Positions 8,132-18,974 are shown, numbered from the stretch's first letter. The stretch is DNA of 42,360 bases from an uncultured Nitrospiraceae bacterium (GCA_947085205.1 CAMTVO010000047.1:1-42360); one strand, 5' to 3'. Notes: generated by a model from the sequence alone, not told the origin. Numbers and translations: made by a program.

Positions 8132-10239
8132 TGGAAAAAGATTTATCATCTCCCGTCCAGTATATAAAGGGCGTCGGGCCGCAGAGGGCAAGATTACTTG
8201 CCCGTCTTGGAATAAAGACAATAAGGGACGCCCTTTTTTATCTTCCCTACAGATACGAAGACAGAAGCTCTACAAAAAAGATAGCCCACCTCAGACCTGA
8301 AGAGTTGAATGCAGTTACAGGAAAGATATTAAAGGCAGATGTCATTACACCAAATCCAAGAAGGCCGAAGCTGAAGATATTTGAGCTTATCATTTCCGAC
8401 GGAAGCGGAATCATCAGAGGAAAGTGGTTTAATCAGTTATATCTCAAAAAACTATTCAAGCCGGGACAGGAAGTGGTATTGTACGGCACGGTAAAATACA
8501 ACTATTGGGGAACAGGCTTTGAAATCATCAATCCCGAATACGAGATGCTGGATGAAATTGATAATGACGAGCCGCAGCCAAACTCTGTACAAATACATAC
8601 AGGAAGGATAGCGCCTATTTACCGTTTAACAGAAGGGCTGAGCCAGAAGCAGATAAGAAGCATCATGTATTCTGTCATGAATCATTCTGTTTCAGGCTTA
8701 CAAGACCCTATGCCTCATGAAATCATAAAAGCATATAATCTGCCGTCCCTTCGGGAAAGCTTGTCGAATGTCCATTTTCCTGATGTGAAATCCTCTTTAG
8801 GAGACTTAAATCGAGGCGCAAGCCCTTATCATCAAAGATTGGCCTTTGATGAACTCTTTACCCTTCAACTGGGGCTTGCATCCATAAAAAAAGGAGAGGT
8901 ACTCGAAAAAGGCATTGCATTTTCGCCTGACGGAAGGCTTGTAAACAGACTGCTCGACAAACTCCCATTCAAGCTTACCGGCGCACAGGAAAAGGTATTC
9001 AAAGACATACTGAAAGATATGCAGTCTCCTGTCCCGATGAACAGGCTTATACAGGGAGATGTGGGGTCAGGAAAAACCATAGTCGCTCTTATGTCCATGC
9101 TAACTGCTGTGGAGTGCGGTTATCAGGCAGCTCTCATGGCTCCGACGGAGATATTAGCTGAGCAGCATTGCATCAACATCCACAGGCTCGTCGAAGACCT
9201 GGGACTGAAAATCCATCTGCTCACCGGGAGCAAGAAAAATAAAGAGGTCGAAACCACCTCATCAGGAGATACCGATATTGTTATCGGCACCCATGCGTTG
9301 ATTCAGGAAGGGGTATCGTTCAAGGAATTAGGGCTTATCGTCATAGATGAGCAGCATAGGTTCGGCGTAATGCAAAGGGCTACTCTGAGGAAAAAAGGAA
9401 CAAACCCCGACACATTAATCATGACTGCAACGCCCATTCCAAGAACGCTCGCCCTGACTCTTTACGGAGACCTCGATTACTCCGTCATTGACGAGCTTCC
9501 CCCGAACAGGAGCCCGATTATCACAAAACTCTTCCATGAGAAAAACAAAAATCAAATCTATGCTTTGATATCCGAAGAGACAAAAAAGGGGAGGCAGGTA
9601 TATGTGGTCTATCCTGTAATCGAGGAATCGGAAAAGACAGACCTCAAATCGGCAATAACAGGCGCAGAGGGGCTCCGGAAGATGTTCTCCCACCTTAAAG
9701 TAGGATTGATTCACGGCAGAATGAAACCGGTTGAGCGCGAAGAAGCGATGAAGGAATTCAAAAGCGGCAATATCCATATCCTCGTCTCTACGACAGTAAT
9801 AGAGGTCGGAGTAGACGTGCCGAATGCGACATTAATGGTTATAATACATGCAGAGAGATTCGGACTTGCACAACTGCACCAGTTGAGGGGAAGGGTCGGA
9901 AGGGGAAGCAGTCAATCATACTGCGTTTTACTGAGTTACGGCGGAAGCGAAGATGCAAGGAAAAGACTTGAGGTAATGGTCAAGACCACAGACGGCTTCA
10001 GGATAGCGGAAGAGGACATGAATATACGCGGCCCGGGAGAATTTTTCGGCACCAAACAGTCAGGAATGCCGGATTTAAAGGTTGCAAATCTCTTGAGAGA
10101 TGCTAAAATACTGGAAACAGCCCGTAAGGAGGCATTCGCTCTGATAGAGAGCGATTCAGCGCTGAGAGGCTATCCGCAGCTCAGAAAATCCATAGAGGAC
10201 TTCTGGGGGAAAAGGCTGGAGTTGTTTAAAACAGCATAA
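8131..10239 (+). CDS. recG: ATP-dependent DNA helicase RecG
   Basis: QGDVGSGKT, DEQHRFG, MTATPIPRTL, QLRGRVGRG; start could be GTG 8128. Confidence 0.98.
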   Translation: MEKDLSSPVQYIKGVGPQRARLLARLGIKTIRDALFYLPYRYEDRSSTKKIAHLRPEELNAVTGKILKADVITPNPRRPKLKIFELIISDGSGIIRGKWFNQLYLKKLFKPGQEVVLYGTVKYNYWGTGFEIINPEYEMLDEIDNDEPQPNSVQIHTGRIAPIYRLTEGLSQKQIRSIMYSVMNHSVSGLQDPMPHEIIKAYNLPSLRESLSNVHFPDVKSSLGDLNRGASPYHQRLAFDELFTLQLGLASIKKGEVLEKGIAFSPDGRLVNRLLDKLPFKLTGAQEKVFKDILKDMQSPVPMNRLIQGDVGSGKTIVALMSMLTAVECGYQAALMAPTEILAEQHCINIHRLVEDLGLKIHLLTGSKKNKEVETTSSGDTDIVIGTHALIQEGVSFKELGLIVIDEQHRFGVMQRATLRKKGTNPDTLIMTATPIPRTLALTLYGDLDYSVIDELPPNRSPIITKLFHEKNKNQIYALISEETKKGRQVYVVYPVIEESEKTDLKSAITGAEGLRKMFSHLKVGLIHGRMKPVEREEAMKEFKSGNIHILVSTTVIEVGVDVPNATLMVIIHAERFGLAQLHQLRGRVGRGSSQSYCVLLSYGGSEDARKRLEVMVKTTDGFRIAEEDMNIRGPGEFFGTKQSGMPDLKVANLLRDAKILETARKEAFALIESDSALRGYPQLRKSIEDFWGKRLELFKTA

Positions 10240-10242
10240 AGA

Positions 10243-10324
10243 CGTGATGCGTGATGCGTAACGGGTAAAAATTACTTTTGGTTTCTTATTTTTGCTCATT
10301 ACTCATTACGGATTACTCGTTACG
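10243..10324. repeat. head-to-head heptamer arrays (CGTGATG/CGTAACG ... CATTACT/CGTTACG)
   Basis: 7-nt periodicity in both arms; CGTAACGGGTAA pairs with TTACTCGTTACG with 1 mismatch. Confidence 0.8.
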
Positions 10325-10338
10325 GGTTAGGAGGACAT

Positions 10339-10650
10339 ATGTTCAGCAGGATAAAAAAAGATTTTGATGAAGGAATAGAAAAAATTAAATGGTTTGCATC
10401 GCTCCTTTCTGAAAGGTTAAGAATAGAGATTACTGTATTCAAGCTGCTTTACAGATCAGAGGAACTGAAAAAACGCAGGAATGAGCTTATGAAAAAAATC
10501 GGCGAAGAGGTTTATGCGATGAGGGGGAAAGAGAAAAATATTTATGCGAATAAAGAAGTCATGAACACAATTAAGGAATTAGAGTCCCTCGAACCTGAAA
10601 TAAAGGAGACGGTTGAAAGGGCGTCGGAGATAAGCAAGATAGTCGCATGA
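10339..10650 (+). CDS. hypothetical coiled-coil protein
   Basis: AGGAGG SD, ATGA overlap with pilD. Confidence 0.8.
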   Translation: MFSRIKKDFDEGIEKIKWFASLLSERLRIEITVFKLLYRSEELKKRRNELMKKIGEEVYAMRGKEKNIYANKEVMNTIKELESLEPEIKETVERASEISKIVA

Positions 10651-11453
10651 CCTATATTGAACCATTATCGTTTATCTTCGGCCTCATAGTCGGCTCTTTT
10701 CTCAATGTCTGCATTTACAGACTTCCGAGGAATATGTCCATTATAAGACCTTCATCAGCATGCCCTTCATGCACTACACCTGTTAAGCCTTGGGACAATA
10801 TACCAATACTCAGTTATATTTTTTTGAAAGGCAAATGCAGGAAGTGCGGTGAAAGGATTTCCATACGCTATCCCGCAGCGGAACTTTTAAACGGCATTCT
10901 ATACTGGTCCGTTTTTACGTTTTTTGGTTTTGGATGGCATCTGCCATTTGTTTTTGCCTTTGTGTCAGCAATGGTTGTGATAACATTCATTGATTTTGAT
11001 TCTCAGATAATACCAGATGCTATTACGCTGCCGGGGATTATTATCGGACTTGCATCAGCTTCTTTTCTGCTTCCAGACCCTTTTCATTATACCCCCCCAA
11101 TCCCCCCCTTAATAAGGGGTGGCGTAGAGGGGATTGTTGGCTTCAAAAATTCTATTGCCGGATTATTCCTTGGAGGCGGACTTTTCTATCTCATCGCCAT
11201 TTTAAGCAGGGGAGGCATGGGAGGCGGAGACATAAAAATGATGGCGATGGTCGGCGCATTCATGGGATGGAAGGCTGTCTTTCTAACAACATTCATAGGA
11301 AGTCTTGCAGGTTCAATGGCAGGAATATTTTTAATGGTTTTTAAAGGAATGGGAAGAAAAACAAAGATACCCTTCGGGCCTTTTCTTGCGTTTGGGGCAG
11401 TCATAACGCTCTTTTACGGTGGCAAGATACTGAGATGGTATTTAGGGATGTAA
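10647..11453 (+). CDS. pilD: prepilin peptidase (A24)
   Basis: GSFLNVCIYRLP, CxxC...CxxC, GMGGGDIK, IPFGPFL. Confidence 0.95.
   Translation: MTYIEPLSFIFGLIVGSFLNVCIYRLPRNMSIIRPSSACPSCTTPVKPWDNIPILSYIFLKGKCRKCGERISIRYPAAELLNGILYWSVFTFFGFGWHLPFVFAFVSAMVVITFIDFDSQIIPDAITLPGIIIGLASASFLLPDPFHYTPPIPPLIRGGVEGIVGFKNSIAGLFLGGGLFYLIAILSRGGMGGGDIKMMAMVGAFMGWKAVFLTTFIGSLAGSMAGIFLMVFKGMGRKTKIPFGPFLAFGAVITLFYGGKILRWYLGM
11092..11135. repeat. C-run/G-run palindromic element in frame inside pilD (TPPIPPLIRGGVEGI)
   Basis: CCCCCTT-aat-AAGGGG core; related to the element in queH. Confidence 0.8.
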
Positions 11454-11552
11454 ATAGGTTAAAATAAACAGTCTGCAGTTAAAATCATGCATCTGTAAAG
11501 CTTTTTACCGTATGCACACCTGCGTTTACCAAACAACTAAAAGTGAGGTTTT

Positions 11553-13373
11553 ATGAAGAGAGATGATTTAAGAAACATAGCCATTATCGCCCATGTCGAC
11601 CACGGCAAGACAACCCTTGTTGACGGAATGCTGAAACAGGCTGGAATATTCCGCTCCAATGAAAGGGTTCAGGAAAGGGTCATGGACAACATAGACCTTG
11701 AGCGTGAGCGCGGAATTACCATAATGGCAAAAAATACGGCAGTTGAATACAACGGCGTAAAGATAAACATAGTCGATACACCAGGCCATGCAGACTTCGG
11801 CGGCGAGGTGGAAAGGACTTTGAAGATGGTTGACGGCGTGCTTTTGCTCGTTGATGCATCCGAAGGCCCTTTGCCACAGACAAGGTTTGTACTTAAAAAA
11901 GCGCTGGAATTAAAATTACCGCCAATCCTGGTAATTAACAAAATCGACAGACCTGATGCAAGGATACAAGCAGTTTTAAACGAAGTCTATGACCTCTTCA
12001 TCGACCTCGATGCAACAGAAGAGCAACTTGAATTCCCCATCGTTTATACAAATGCCAAAAGAGGAATTGCAAAGCTGAATCTAAATGATGAATCGGAAAA
12101 TCTCCAGCCTTTATACGAACTTATACTCAAAGCAACCCATGCGCCAGAAGGCAATAAAGACGGGATTTTGCAACTGCTCGTCACAAATATAGACTACAAC
12201 GATTATGTCGGAAGGCTAGCAATCGGAAGGATATTTTCAGGGGCAGTAAAAATCGGAGACCATGTGGCCATGATTAACGGCAATGGCGATGCAGTAAAGA
12301 CAAAAATAACATCCATCTACACATTTCAGGGACTTGAGAGAATGGAGTCAAGAGAGGCGTCTGTCGGAGACATTGTCGCCCTCGCAGGAATAGAAGGCAT
12401 AAATATAGGAGATACAATCACAGATGTGGAAAAGCCGACGCCATTGCCGAGAATAAAAGTGGACGAGCCGACCATATCAATGGTATTTTCCGCCAACACA
12501 TCTCCATTTGCCGGGAAAGAAGGCAAATTCGTAACCTCAAGAAATCTCAGAGAGAGGCTTGAGAAAGAACTGCTTTACAACGTATCGATAAAAGTGGATT
12601 TTGGAAATACAGATTCATTCAGAGTAATGGGACGCGGGGAATTGCAGCTTGCAATCCTAATAGAAATGATGAGAAGAGAGGGATACGAGCTCTCTGTTTC
12701 GATGCCTGAGACCATAACAAAGGAAATTAATGGAGCACTGCATGAACCGATGGAACTCCTTGTTATAGATGTGCCTGAAGAATTTGTCGGTGTAGTAACA
12801 CAACAGGTTGGCATGAGAAAGGGCAGGATGCAGAAGATGCAGAGTGATCATCGTAGTGGGGGACATGGCAGAGTAAGGCTTGAATTCAGGATTCCGTCGA
12901 GGGGATTAATCGGCTTCAGGTCGCAATTCCTGACAGACACAAAAGGCACAGGGCTTTTAAATCACCTTTTTGACGGATACGAGCCGTGGCACGGCCATAT
13001 GTCAAAGCGGCAGACAGGAGCACTTGTTGCAGACAGACCCGGGAAATCGACCACATACGCCCTTTTCCACCTTCAGCCGAGAGGAACATTATTCATAAAG
13101 GAAAATACACCTGTTTATGAAGGTATGATAATTGGAGAGAATTCGAGGGACAATGATCTGGATGTTAATGTCACAAAAGAGAAGAAGCTTACAAATATGC
13201 GTGCTTCAAGCGCCGATGACACCATACAATTGATACCTCCTAAGATATTAAATCTTGAGCAGGCTATAGAGTTTATAAAAGAAGATGAGCTTGTGGAAGT
13301 GACACCTCAGTCCATAAGATTGAGGAAAAAGGTATTAGAGGCAAACAAGAGGCCGAAGGCACAGAAAGTCTAA
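11553..13373 (+). CDS. typA: translational GTPase TypA/BipA
   Basis: [41 protein letters not shown]. Confidence 0.98.
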   Translation: MKRDDLRNIAIIAHVDHGKTTLVDGMLKQAGIFRSNERVQERVMDNIDLERERGITIMAKNTAVEYNGVKINIVDTPGHADFGGEVERTLKMVDGVLLLVDASEGPLPQTRFVLKKALELKLPPILVINKIDRPDARIQAVLNEVYDLFIDLDATEEQLEFPIVYTNAKRGIAKLNLNDESENLQPLYELILKATHAPEGNKDGILQLLVTNIDYNDYVGRLAIGRIFSGAVKIGDHVAMINGNGDAVKTKITSIYTFQGLERMESREASVGDIVALAGIEGINIGDTITDVEKPTPLPRIKVDEPTISMVFSANTSPFAGKEGKFVTSRNLRERLEKELLYNVSIKVDFGNTDSFRVMGRGELQLAILIEMMRREGYELSVSMPETITKEINGALHEPMELLVIDVPEEFVGVVTQQVGMRKGRMQKMQSDHRSGGHGRVRLEFRIPSRGLIGFRSQFLTDTKGTGLLNHLFDGYEPWHGHMSKRQTGALVADRPGKSTTYALFHLQPRGTLFIKENTPVYEGMIIGENSRDNDLDVNVTKEKKLTNMRASSADDTIQLIPPKILNLEQAIEFIKEDELVEVTPQSIRLRKKVLEANKRPKAQKV

Positions 13374-13774
13374 TGCTTTGGTCTTAAAGACGAATGTTTT
13401 TCCGACATCTTTATAAGCGTCTCATTCAGTGCTTCGGATGTAAAAGGTTTTACTATGTAATAATTGACGCCTGACCTGATTGCTTTTATGATCTTGTCCT
13501 TTCCAGCTTCGGCAGTTACCATAAGGAAGGGTATGTCTTTCAACACCGGATCCTTTCTCATATTTCTGAGGAGTTCTATGCCCTCCATATTCGGCATATT
13601 CCAGTCTGACAACACAAGGTCGTAGCCGCCGCCTTTTAGCTTATCGAGAGCCTGCAAGCCGTCTTCTGCTTCTTCTATGTTTTTAAAACCTATCTGTTTA
13701 AATAGATTTTTTATTATATTCCTCATGGTGGGGAAATCTTCCACCACAAGCACCTTGATGTTGGGATTCAGCAT
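13370..13774 (-). CDS. cheY: CheY-like single-domain response regulator
   Basis: 'VVEDFPTMR...[10 protein letters not shown]...PFLMVTAE...YIVKPF'; GGAG SD before ATG 13774. Confidence 0.88.
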   Translation of the reverse strand: MLNPNIKVLVVEDFPTMRNIIKNLFKQIGFKNIEEAEDGLQALDKLKGGGYDLVLSDWNMPNMEGIELLRNMRKDPVLKDIPFLMVTAEAGKDKIIKAIRSGVNYYIVKPFTSEALNETLIKMSEKHSSLRPKH

Positions 13775-13879
13775 TACTCCGCTACTGCCACCTCCTCCGT
13801 CTGCAGTAAAGTTACTTTTGTAAATAAAAGTAACATAAAAAGAGACTAAAATCAACTTATATGTTTATTTTTTGACATT

Positions 13880-13901
13880 TATAACCCTACAAGAGGTTAT
13901 A
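13880..13901. promoter_or_regulatory. palindromic operator candidate TATAACC-N8-GGTTATA next to TTGACA
   Basis: perfect 7-bp inverted repeat between divergent cheY and XRE genes. Confidence 0.55.
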
Positions 13902-13954
13902 TATCCTTTTTAATATTGCTATTCTCTTTAATAAAACCTCACCGGAGATAAAAT

Positions 13955-14275
13955 ATGGACATATTGGTTTCGATAGGAAAGCGGATTAAAGTTGTTAGAG
14001 AAAAAAAGGAAATAACGCAGGAAGAGTTAGAGGTTAAAACAGGTATCAATGCAAAATACATAAGCGCAGTGGAGCGCGGACAGAAAAATGTCACGATAAA
14101 GACTCTTGATAAAATTGCCAAGGGACTTGAGGTCGAGCTTTATCAGCTGTTTTTATTTTCGGATGATTTCGAGCCTGAGAAGACAGTAAAAAAGGCTCTT
14201 GAATCATTGCTAAAAGAAGCCGACCTGAAAACCTTAAACTTATGTCTTGATTTTGTAAGGAAGGCTTTAGGCTGA
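13955..14275 (+). CDS. XRE-family HTH transcriptional regulator
   Basis: 'IGKRIK..R....TQEEL...YISAVERGQKNVTIKTL.KIA..L'. Confidence 0.9.
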   Translation: MDILVSIGKRIKVVREKKEITQEELEVKTGINAKYISAVERGQKNVTIKTLDKIAKGLEVELYQLFLFSDDFEPEKTVKKALESLLKEADLKTLNLCLDFVRKALG

Positions 14276-14336
14276 TTTCACTTTTTCAAGGTAAAACATT
14301 GCCTTAATAGCTTTTTATATCTTAAAATTTTTATTA

Positions 14337-15122
14337 ATGAACTCTATTAGACGTATCATTATAGTCCTCATTTCACTATTGCTTTTGAGTATAGGGTATT
14401 ACTTTGTCTTTCCAGACATCTCGAAGCTCAAAAAAGAAAATCCCAGGAAAACATCATTCATGGAGTATCGTGAAAAGGAATGGAAAGAAAAAGGCAGGAA
14501 GATAAAAATCAGGCAGGTATGGGTTCCGCTTTCAGGCATATCACCTTATCTTATAAAGGCTGTGCTCATAGCTGAAGACGACAAGTTCTGGCATCATGAG
14601 GGTTTTGATTTTGAAGCAATAGAAAAGGCTGTAGAGAAAAACATTAAAGCAGGAGAATTTAAGGCTGGCGGAAGTACCATAAGCCAGCAGCTTGTAAAAA
14701 ACCTCTATCTGACGCCGTCAAAAAATCCTATTCGAAAAATAAAAGAGGCAATACTCACATGGAGGATAGAGAAAAAGCTCTCAAAAAAAAGAATCCTTGA
14801 ACTATACCTTAATGTTGCTGAATGGGGAGAAGGAATATTCGGCATAGAAGCCGCATCCCGCCATTATTACGGCAAATCTGCATCAGCGCTGAGTCCTGAG
14901 GAAGCTGCAAGGCTTGCATCAGTGCTTCCCAATCCAAGAAAGTATAATCCTGTCGGCACTTCACGGTATGTAGAGAACCGCTCCAGAATAATTTATAACA
15001 TCATGGTAAAAAGGGGCATCGTAATACCGGCATATGAAGATATTTCCGGAAGTCACACAGACGATAAAGAACAGGACAAACCGCAGAATACTGAAGAATC
15101 AATTTCACCAAATCCTCAGTAA
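14337..15122 (+). CDS. mtgA: monofunctional peptidoglycan transglycosylase
   Basis: AEDDKFWHHEGFD, GGSTISQQLVKNL, RILELYLN. Confidence 0.93.
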   Translation: MNSIRRIIIVLISLLLLSIGYYFVFPDISKLKKENPRKTSFMEYREKEWKEKGRKIKIRQVWVPLSGISPYLIKAVLIAEDDKFWHHEGFDFEAIEKAVEKNIKAGEFKAGGSTISQQLVKNLYLTPSKNPIRKIKEAILTWRIEKKLSKKRILELYLNVAEWGEGIFGIEAASRHYYGKSASALSPEEAARLASVLPNPRKYNPVGTSRYVENRSRIIYNIMVKRGIVIPAYEDISGSHTDDKEQDKPQNTEESISPNPQ

Positions 15123-15814
15123 AAAACAGAAAACAAAAGGAAAGTAACTCCTGCCCCCAAAACAGCGCCTGCAAGAACTTCTAAAGGAGAATGGGCGCTG
15201 ACCGCCACCCTGCTCTGGGCTATGAGAACGGATAACAGAAAACTTAGCAAGGAGGCAATAAAACTCTCGGTGATATATGTAACAGCAACCCATGCCGAAA
15301 ACGCAATTGCAGAATGCCCGCTCGGCATGCCGCCGCGCAGTGGATGGCCTTTGCCTGAATATGCCTTTAATACAACTACAAGAATCAAAACAAGGATAAC
15401 AGAGATAAGCGTGATTTCCTCCTTTGAGTGCTTTGCTATATAAATGCCTTTTTCAAATACCTTACTGAAGTAAGGGAAGAGTATAATGTATCCCAAGACC
15501 GCAGCGCCAAATGCAGTAATTAAAACCGCACCGGCAGCCACATCCTTTGCAACCCTTGCCTTTTCGCTGTGCTCCGTAGAAATCATATCCACAACATATT
15601 CGACAGCAGTATTAATCATTTCCGCAAGCAGGACAAGGATGACGGCAATCGAGATGACAAGGAAATCCGTCCTCTCCACGCCGAGGATATAACTTGAAAC
15701 AAGGACTGCAACTGCTGAATAAAAATGATACCTTAGATGTCTCTGGGTCTTAGCGGCATACAGCACTCCCTCTATGGCATTATTTGCACTGTCTACCCAT
15801 TTTCTTAAAGGCAT
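15116..15814 (-). CDS. dgkA: diacylglycerol/undecaprenol kinase fused to a PAP2 phosphatase-like domain
   Basis: 'EMINTAVE...AKDVAAGAVL' then 'GGMPSGHSA...SRV...H'. Confidence 0.9.
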   Translation of the reverse strand: MPLRKWVDSANNAIEGVLYAAKTQRHLRYHFYSAVAVLVSSYILGVERTDFLVISIAVILVLLAEMINTAVEYVVDMISTEHSEKARVAKDVAAGAVLITAFGAAVLGYIILFPYFSKVFEKGIYIAKHSKEEITLISVILVLILVVVLKAYSGKGHPLRGGMPSGHSAIAFSAWVAVTYITESFIASLLSFLLSVLIAQSRVAVSAHSPLEVLAGAVLGAGVTFLLFSVFY

Positions 15815-15853
15815 AATCTATTATAACCTAAAGCAGTAATGTATAATTATATC

Positions 15854-16534
15854 ATGGCTCAAAACAGCCGCCTTCAATCCATGGCATTCAACCTGCTCAG
15901 GGCAGAAGAAAAAGAGCGGAGGCGGCTTGCGTCAAATCTCCATGCCAATGTTACACAAACACTTGCCCTATCCCTGATAAAGTTGAAAATGCTGAAAGAA
16001 TCACTGTCCTCTACTATTTATGCTGAGCCCATCGATGAAATATCGGAGATAATAGAGCAGACGCTTAACAATATCAGGGCTATGACCTTTGACCTAAGCC
16101 CGCCTGACCTGTATGAGCTTGGTCTCAATGCTGCACTTGAAAGCCTTTGCGAGAGATTCCATAATAAATACAGACTGACAATCTATTTCAGCAGCGATAA
16201 AAGGGTCAGCCGCATAAATGACGAGACATCTGTCCTGATCTTTAGAGCAGTACAGGAGCTTCTTTTTAATATAGTCAAGCATGCTAATGCCAGTATTGCA
16301 AGGGTTTCTCTTGAAAAGGACAGAAATTTTATCAAAATCAATGTCTCCGATGACGGCGTCGGTTTTGACCCCTCTACTATAAATAACAAAGGTCATCACA
16401 CAGGTTTTGGCATTTTCAGCATCAGCGAACGGCTGAAAGGCATTGGAGGGCAAATGGAGATAAAATCAAGACATGGATTTGGAACCAATATATCCATAAT
16501 AGTTCCTGTTAGCTCATCAGGGATTTCCCGATAG
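15854..16534 (+). CDS. NarX/UhpB-type (HisKA_3) histidine kinase core without a sensor domain
   Basis: 'EEKERRRLASNLH', 'QELLFNIVKHA', 'DDGVGFD', 'GFGIFSISER'. Confidence 0.88.
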   Translation: MAQNSRLQSMAFNLLRAEEKERRRLASNLHANVTQTLALSLIKLKMLKESLSSTIYAEPIDEISEIIEQTLNNIRAMTFDLSPPDLYELGLNAALESLCERFHNKYRLTIYFSSDKRVSRINDETSVLIFRAVQELLFNIVKHANASIARVSLEKDRNFIKINVSDDGVGFDPSTINNKGHHTGFGIFSISERLKGIGGQMEIKSRHGFGTNISIIVPVSSSGISR

Positions 16535-16596
16535 ATTTTACTCATACATTTGGTTTAAATTTCTATTCGTTTAAAAAACATCCAAAGATAAAATAT

Positions 16597-18216
16597 ATGA
16601 TAGGTTTGTGCCTTAAAGACATTGCCTGCAAAGAAGGCCTGCATCTTGGCGGGAGCGCATCATTAAGGCAGGCAGTTGAGCTGATGGATTCAAACGGCAA
16701 GGGCGTTGTGGCCATACTCGACGGCGCCATGCCTGTGGGAATCCTTACGGAAAGGGACATTGTTGAGATTCTCTACAGAGGTGCAGACCTTAATAGCCCT
16801 GCCATAAACTTTGCGAAAAGAGACCCCATAACGATAAGCGCGGATAAAACAATCGGTTATGCCCTAAACCTGATGGTAGCAAACAATATCAGGAGGATAA
16901 TACTTACAGATGATTCAAATAATTTCAAAGGTGTTATTACCCAGCAGGACATGATTAAATACCTTGAAGACGACTTTTACCGCTCAACCATAAAAATCAG
17001 ACACATAAGAGACAACATCAGGCCGCTGATAAGCATAACTCCTGAAGATTCTCTCATTGATGCCCTTAAAAAAATTGCAGAAAACAAAATCAGCACTGTT
17101 CCTGTTATAAAGAGCAGCAAAGCAGTCGGCATGATAACCGAAAAGGATATTCTGAAGATAGTCAGGAGCAACATCTCATTAAACGAGCCTGTTTTAAAAT
17201 TCATGTCCTCTCCGGTAGTCTCTGTCGGAATGGAAGATTCATTGATCACCGCTGTCAGAATTATGAATACGAAGAAAATAAGAAGTGTTGTTATCGAAGA
17301 CCAGAGCGGCAATGCCATAGGCATCATTACAAACAGGGATCTGATAAATAATCTTGAAGGAGACTACACCGCATTTATAGAAAGAAAACTGAGACATACA
17401 AGGGATATCCTGAATCTGCTTCCCGAGATGCTGCTGGAAATAGTGGATGCTGACAGAGAACAATTGATAATCTGGGCAAATGAAAGGGCTGTAAAGAAAT
17501 TTGGCGATGGAATTGTAAATAAACCCGTTACCCGCCTCATTCCCCATGAGAAGTGGGAAAAGATATACGGAACACTCGGCAGATTCAACAAGGTTGAGGA
17601 CATAAAGGTAAAAAAAGACGAAGAGATATACGAAATATCAGGCTTTTTTATAAAAACAGAGGAAGAAAATTGCGGAGGGAAAATCCAGTTGATACTAAGA
17701 GACATCACCGATGAGGTAAAGCTTTACACCACTGACCCACTCACCGGCCTTTACAACAGGAGATTCCTCAATGAGTTTCTTCATAAAGAACTGGAATTAA
17801 GCAAGAGGTACAACAGACAATTATCACTGGCAATAGCAGACATTGACGATTTCAAGAAATTAAATGACACCTACGGACATGTTGCAGGTGATGCTGTGCT
17901 GAAATCAACTGCCCGTGTAATGCTCAAAAACATAAGGGATGCAGACATTTTAAGCAGATACGGCGGAGAGGAGTTTGTAATAGTCATGCCCGAAATACAT
18001 AAGGAAATGGCAGCTCACGCTGCAGAGAGATTAAGAGAAAAAATTTCCATGGAAGAGATAGCAATTCCTGACGGAGGCAGGATAGCAATAACCATCAGTT
18101 TAGGAATAGCCTCGTTTCCAGAAGATGGCGACTCTTCCGTGGATTTGCTGATCGCAGCAGACGACAGATTGTATAAAGCAAAAAAAGAGGGGAAAAACAG
18201 AATAATATTTTCATGA
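16597..18216 (+). CDS. diguanylate cyclase with four CBS domains and a PAS-like domain
   Basis: repeated 'G(I/M/V)(L/I)T..D' CBS motifs; DPLTGLYNRR, RDAD I-site, RYGGEEF. Confidence 0.92.
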   Translation: MIGLCLKDIACKEGLHLGGSASLRQAVELMDSNGKGVVAILDGAMPVGILTERDIVEILYRGADLNSPAINFAKRDPITISADKTIGYALNLMVANNIRRIILTDDSNNFKGVITQQDMIKYLEDDFYRSTIKIRHIRDNIRPLISITPEDSLIDALKKIAENKISTVPVIKSSKAVGMITEKDILKIVRSNISLNEPVLKFMSSPVVSVGMEDSLITAVRIMNTKKIRSVVIEDQSGNAIGIITNRDLINNLEGDYTAFIERKLRHTRDILNLLPEMLLEIVDADREQLIIWANERAVKKFGDGIVNKPVTRLIPHEKWEKIYGTLGRFNKVEDIKVKKDEEIYEISGFFIKTEEENCGGKIQLILRDITDEVKLYTTDPLTGLYNRRFLNEFLHKELELSKRYNRQLSLAIADIDDFKKLNDTYGHVAGDAVLKSTARVMLKNIRDADILSRYGGEEFVIVMPEIHKEMAAHAAERLREKISMEEIAIPDGGRIAITISLGIASFPEDGDSSVDLLIAADDRLYKAKKEGKNRIIFS

Positions 18217-18863
18217 AAAAGATAAATGTCATTCTTGCAGACGACCACAACATAATAAGGGAAGGACTTGCGGCCATACTTCAAAGACATCCTGATATCG
18301 AGGTAATCGCGCAGGCAGGCGACGGAAGATCAACCGTACAGTTGACAAAGGAATTAGTGCCCGATGTGGTAGTAATGGATGTTACAATGCCCGGACTCAA
18401 CGGCATCGAAGCTGCCCGGCAGATTATCTCTGAGTGCAGCAGTGTTAAGGTGATAGCACTATCGGTGCATTCCAGCAAACAATTCATTATTGAAATGCTC
18501 AAGACAGGTGCATCGGGTTATCTGCTGAAAGACTGTGTTTCCGATGATCTGGCATATGCAATCAGATCGGTGGCAGCCGGGCAGAACTACCTCAGCCCTC
18601 AAATAGCGAGGATTGTAATCAAAAATTACATAAACGACCTTGAGACCTTAAAGACCTCGGTCTTCTCCATCCTCACCCACAGGGAAAGGGAGGTACTCCA
18701 GCTTATGGCAGAAGGCAAGAGCACAAAACAGATAGCATCGATGTTAAACCTCAGCATAAAAACCATCGAAACACACAGGCAGCACATAACAAACAAGTTG
18801 AATATAAACAATGTAGCCGAATTAACAAAATATGCCATAAGGGAAGGACTGACGCCGCTGTGA
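18213..18863 (+). CDS. NarL/LuxR family response regulator
   Basis: ADDH, MDVTMP, 'LTHREREVLQLMAEG...KTIETHR'. Confidence 0.95.
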   Translation: MKKINVILADDHNIIREGLAAILQRHPDIEVIAQAGDGRSTVQLTKELVPDVVVMDVTMPGLNGIEAARQIISECSSVKVIALSVHSSKQFIIEMLKTGASGYLLKDCVSDDLAYAIRSVAAGQNYLSPQIARIVIKNYINDLETLKTSVFSILTHREREVLQLMAEGKSTKQIASMLNLSIKTIETHRQHITNKLNINNVAELTKYAIREGLTPL

Positions 18864-18974
18864 TATTGAATACATACAACCTGAAGTTGTAAAATCTAAG
18901 CCGTTAAAATAAAATTAACGAGAAATTTACACTTTGGTGTGCTACGATATTCTAATTTTTGATATGGACAAAAA

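Noticed and set aside
12838..12868. Few extra residues in TypA ([10 protein letters not shown])
   Set aside because: Short variable loop with no clear repeat structure.
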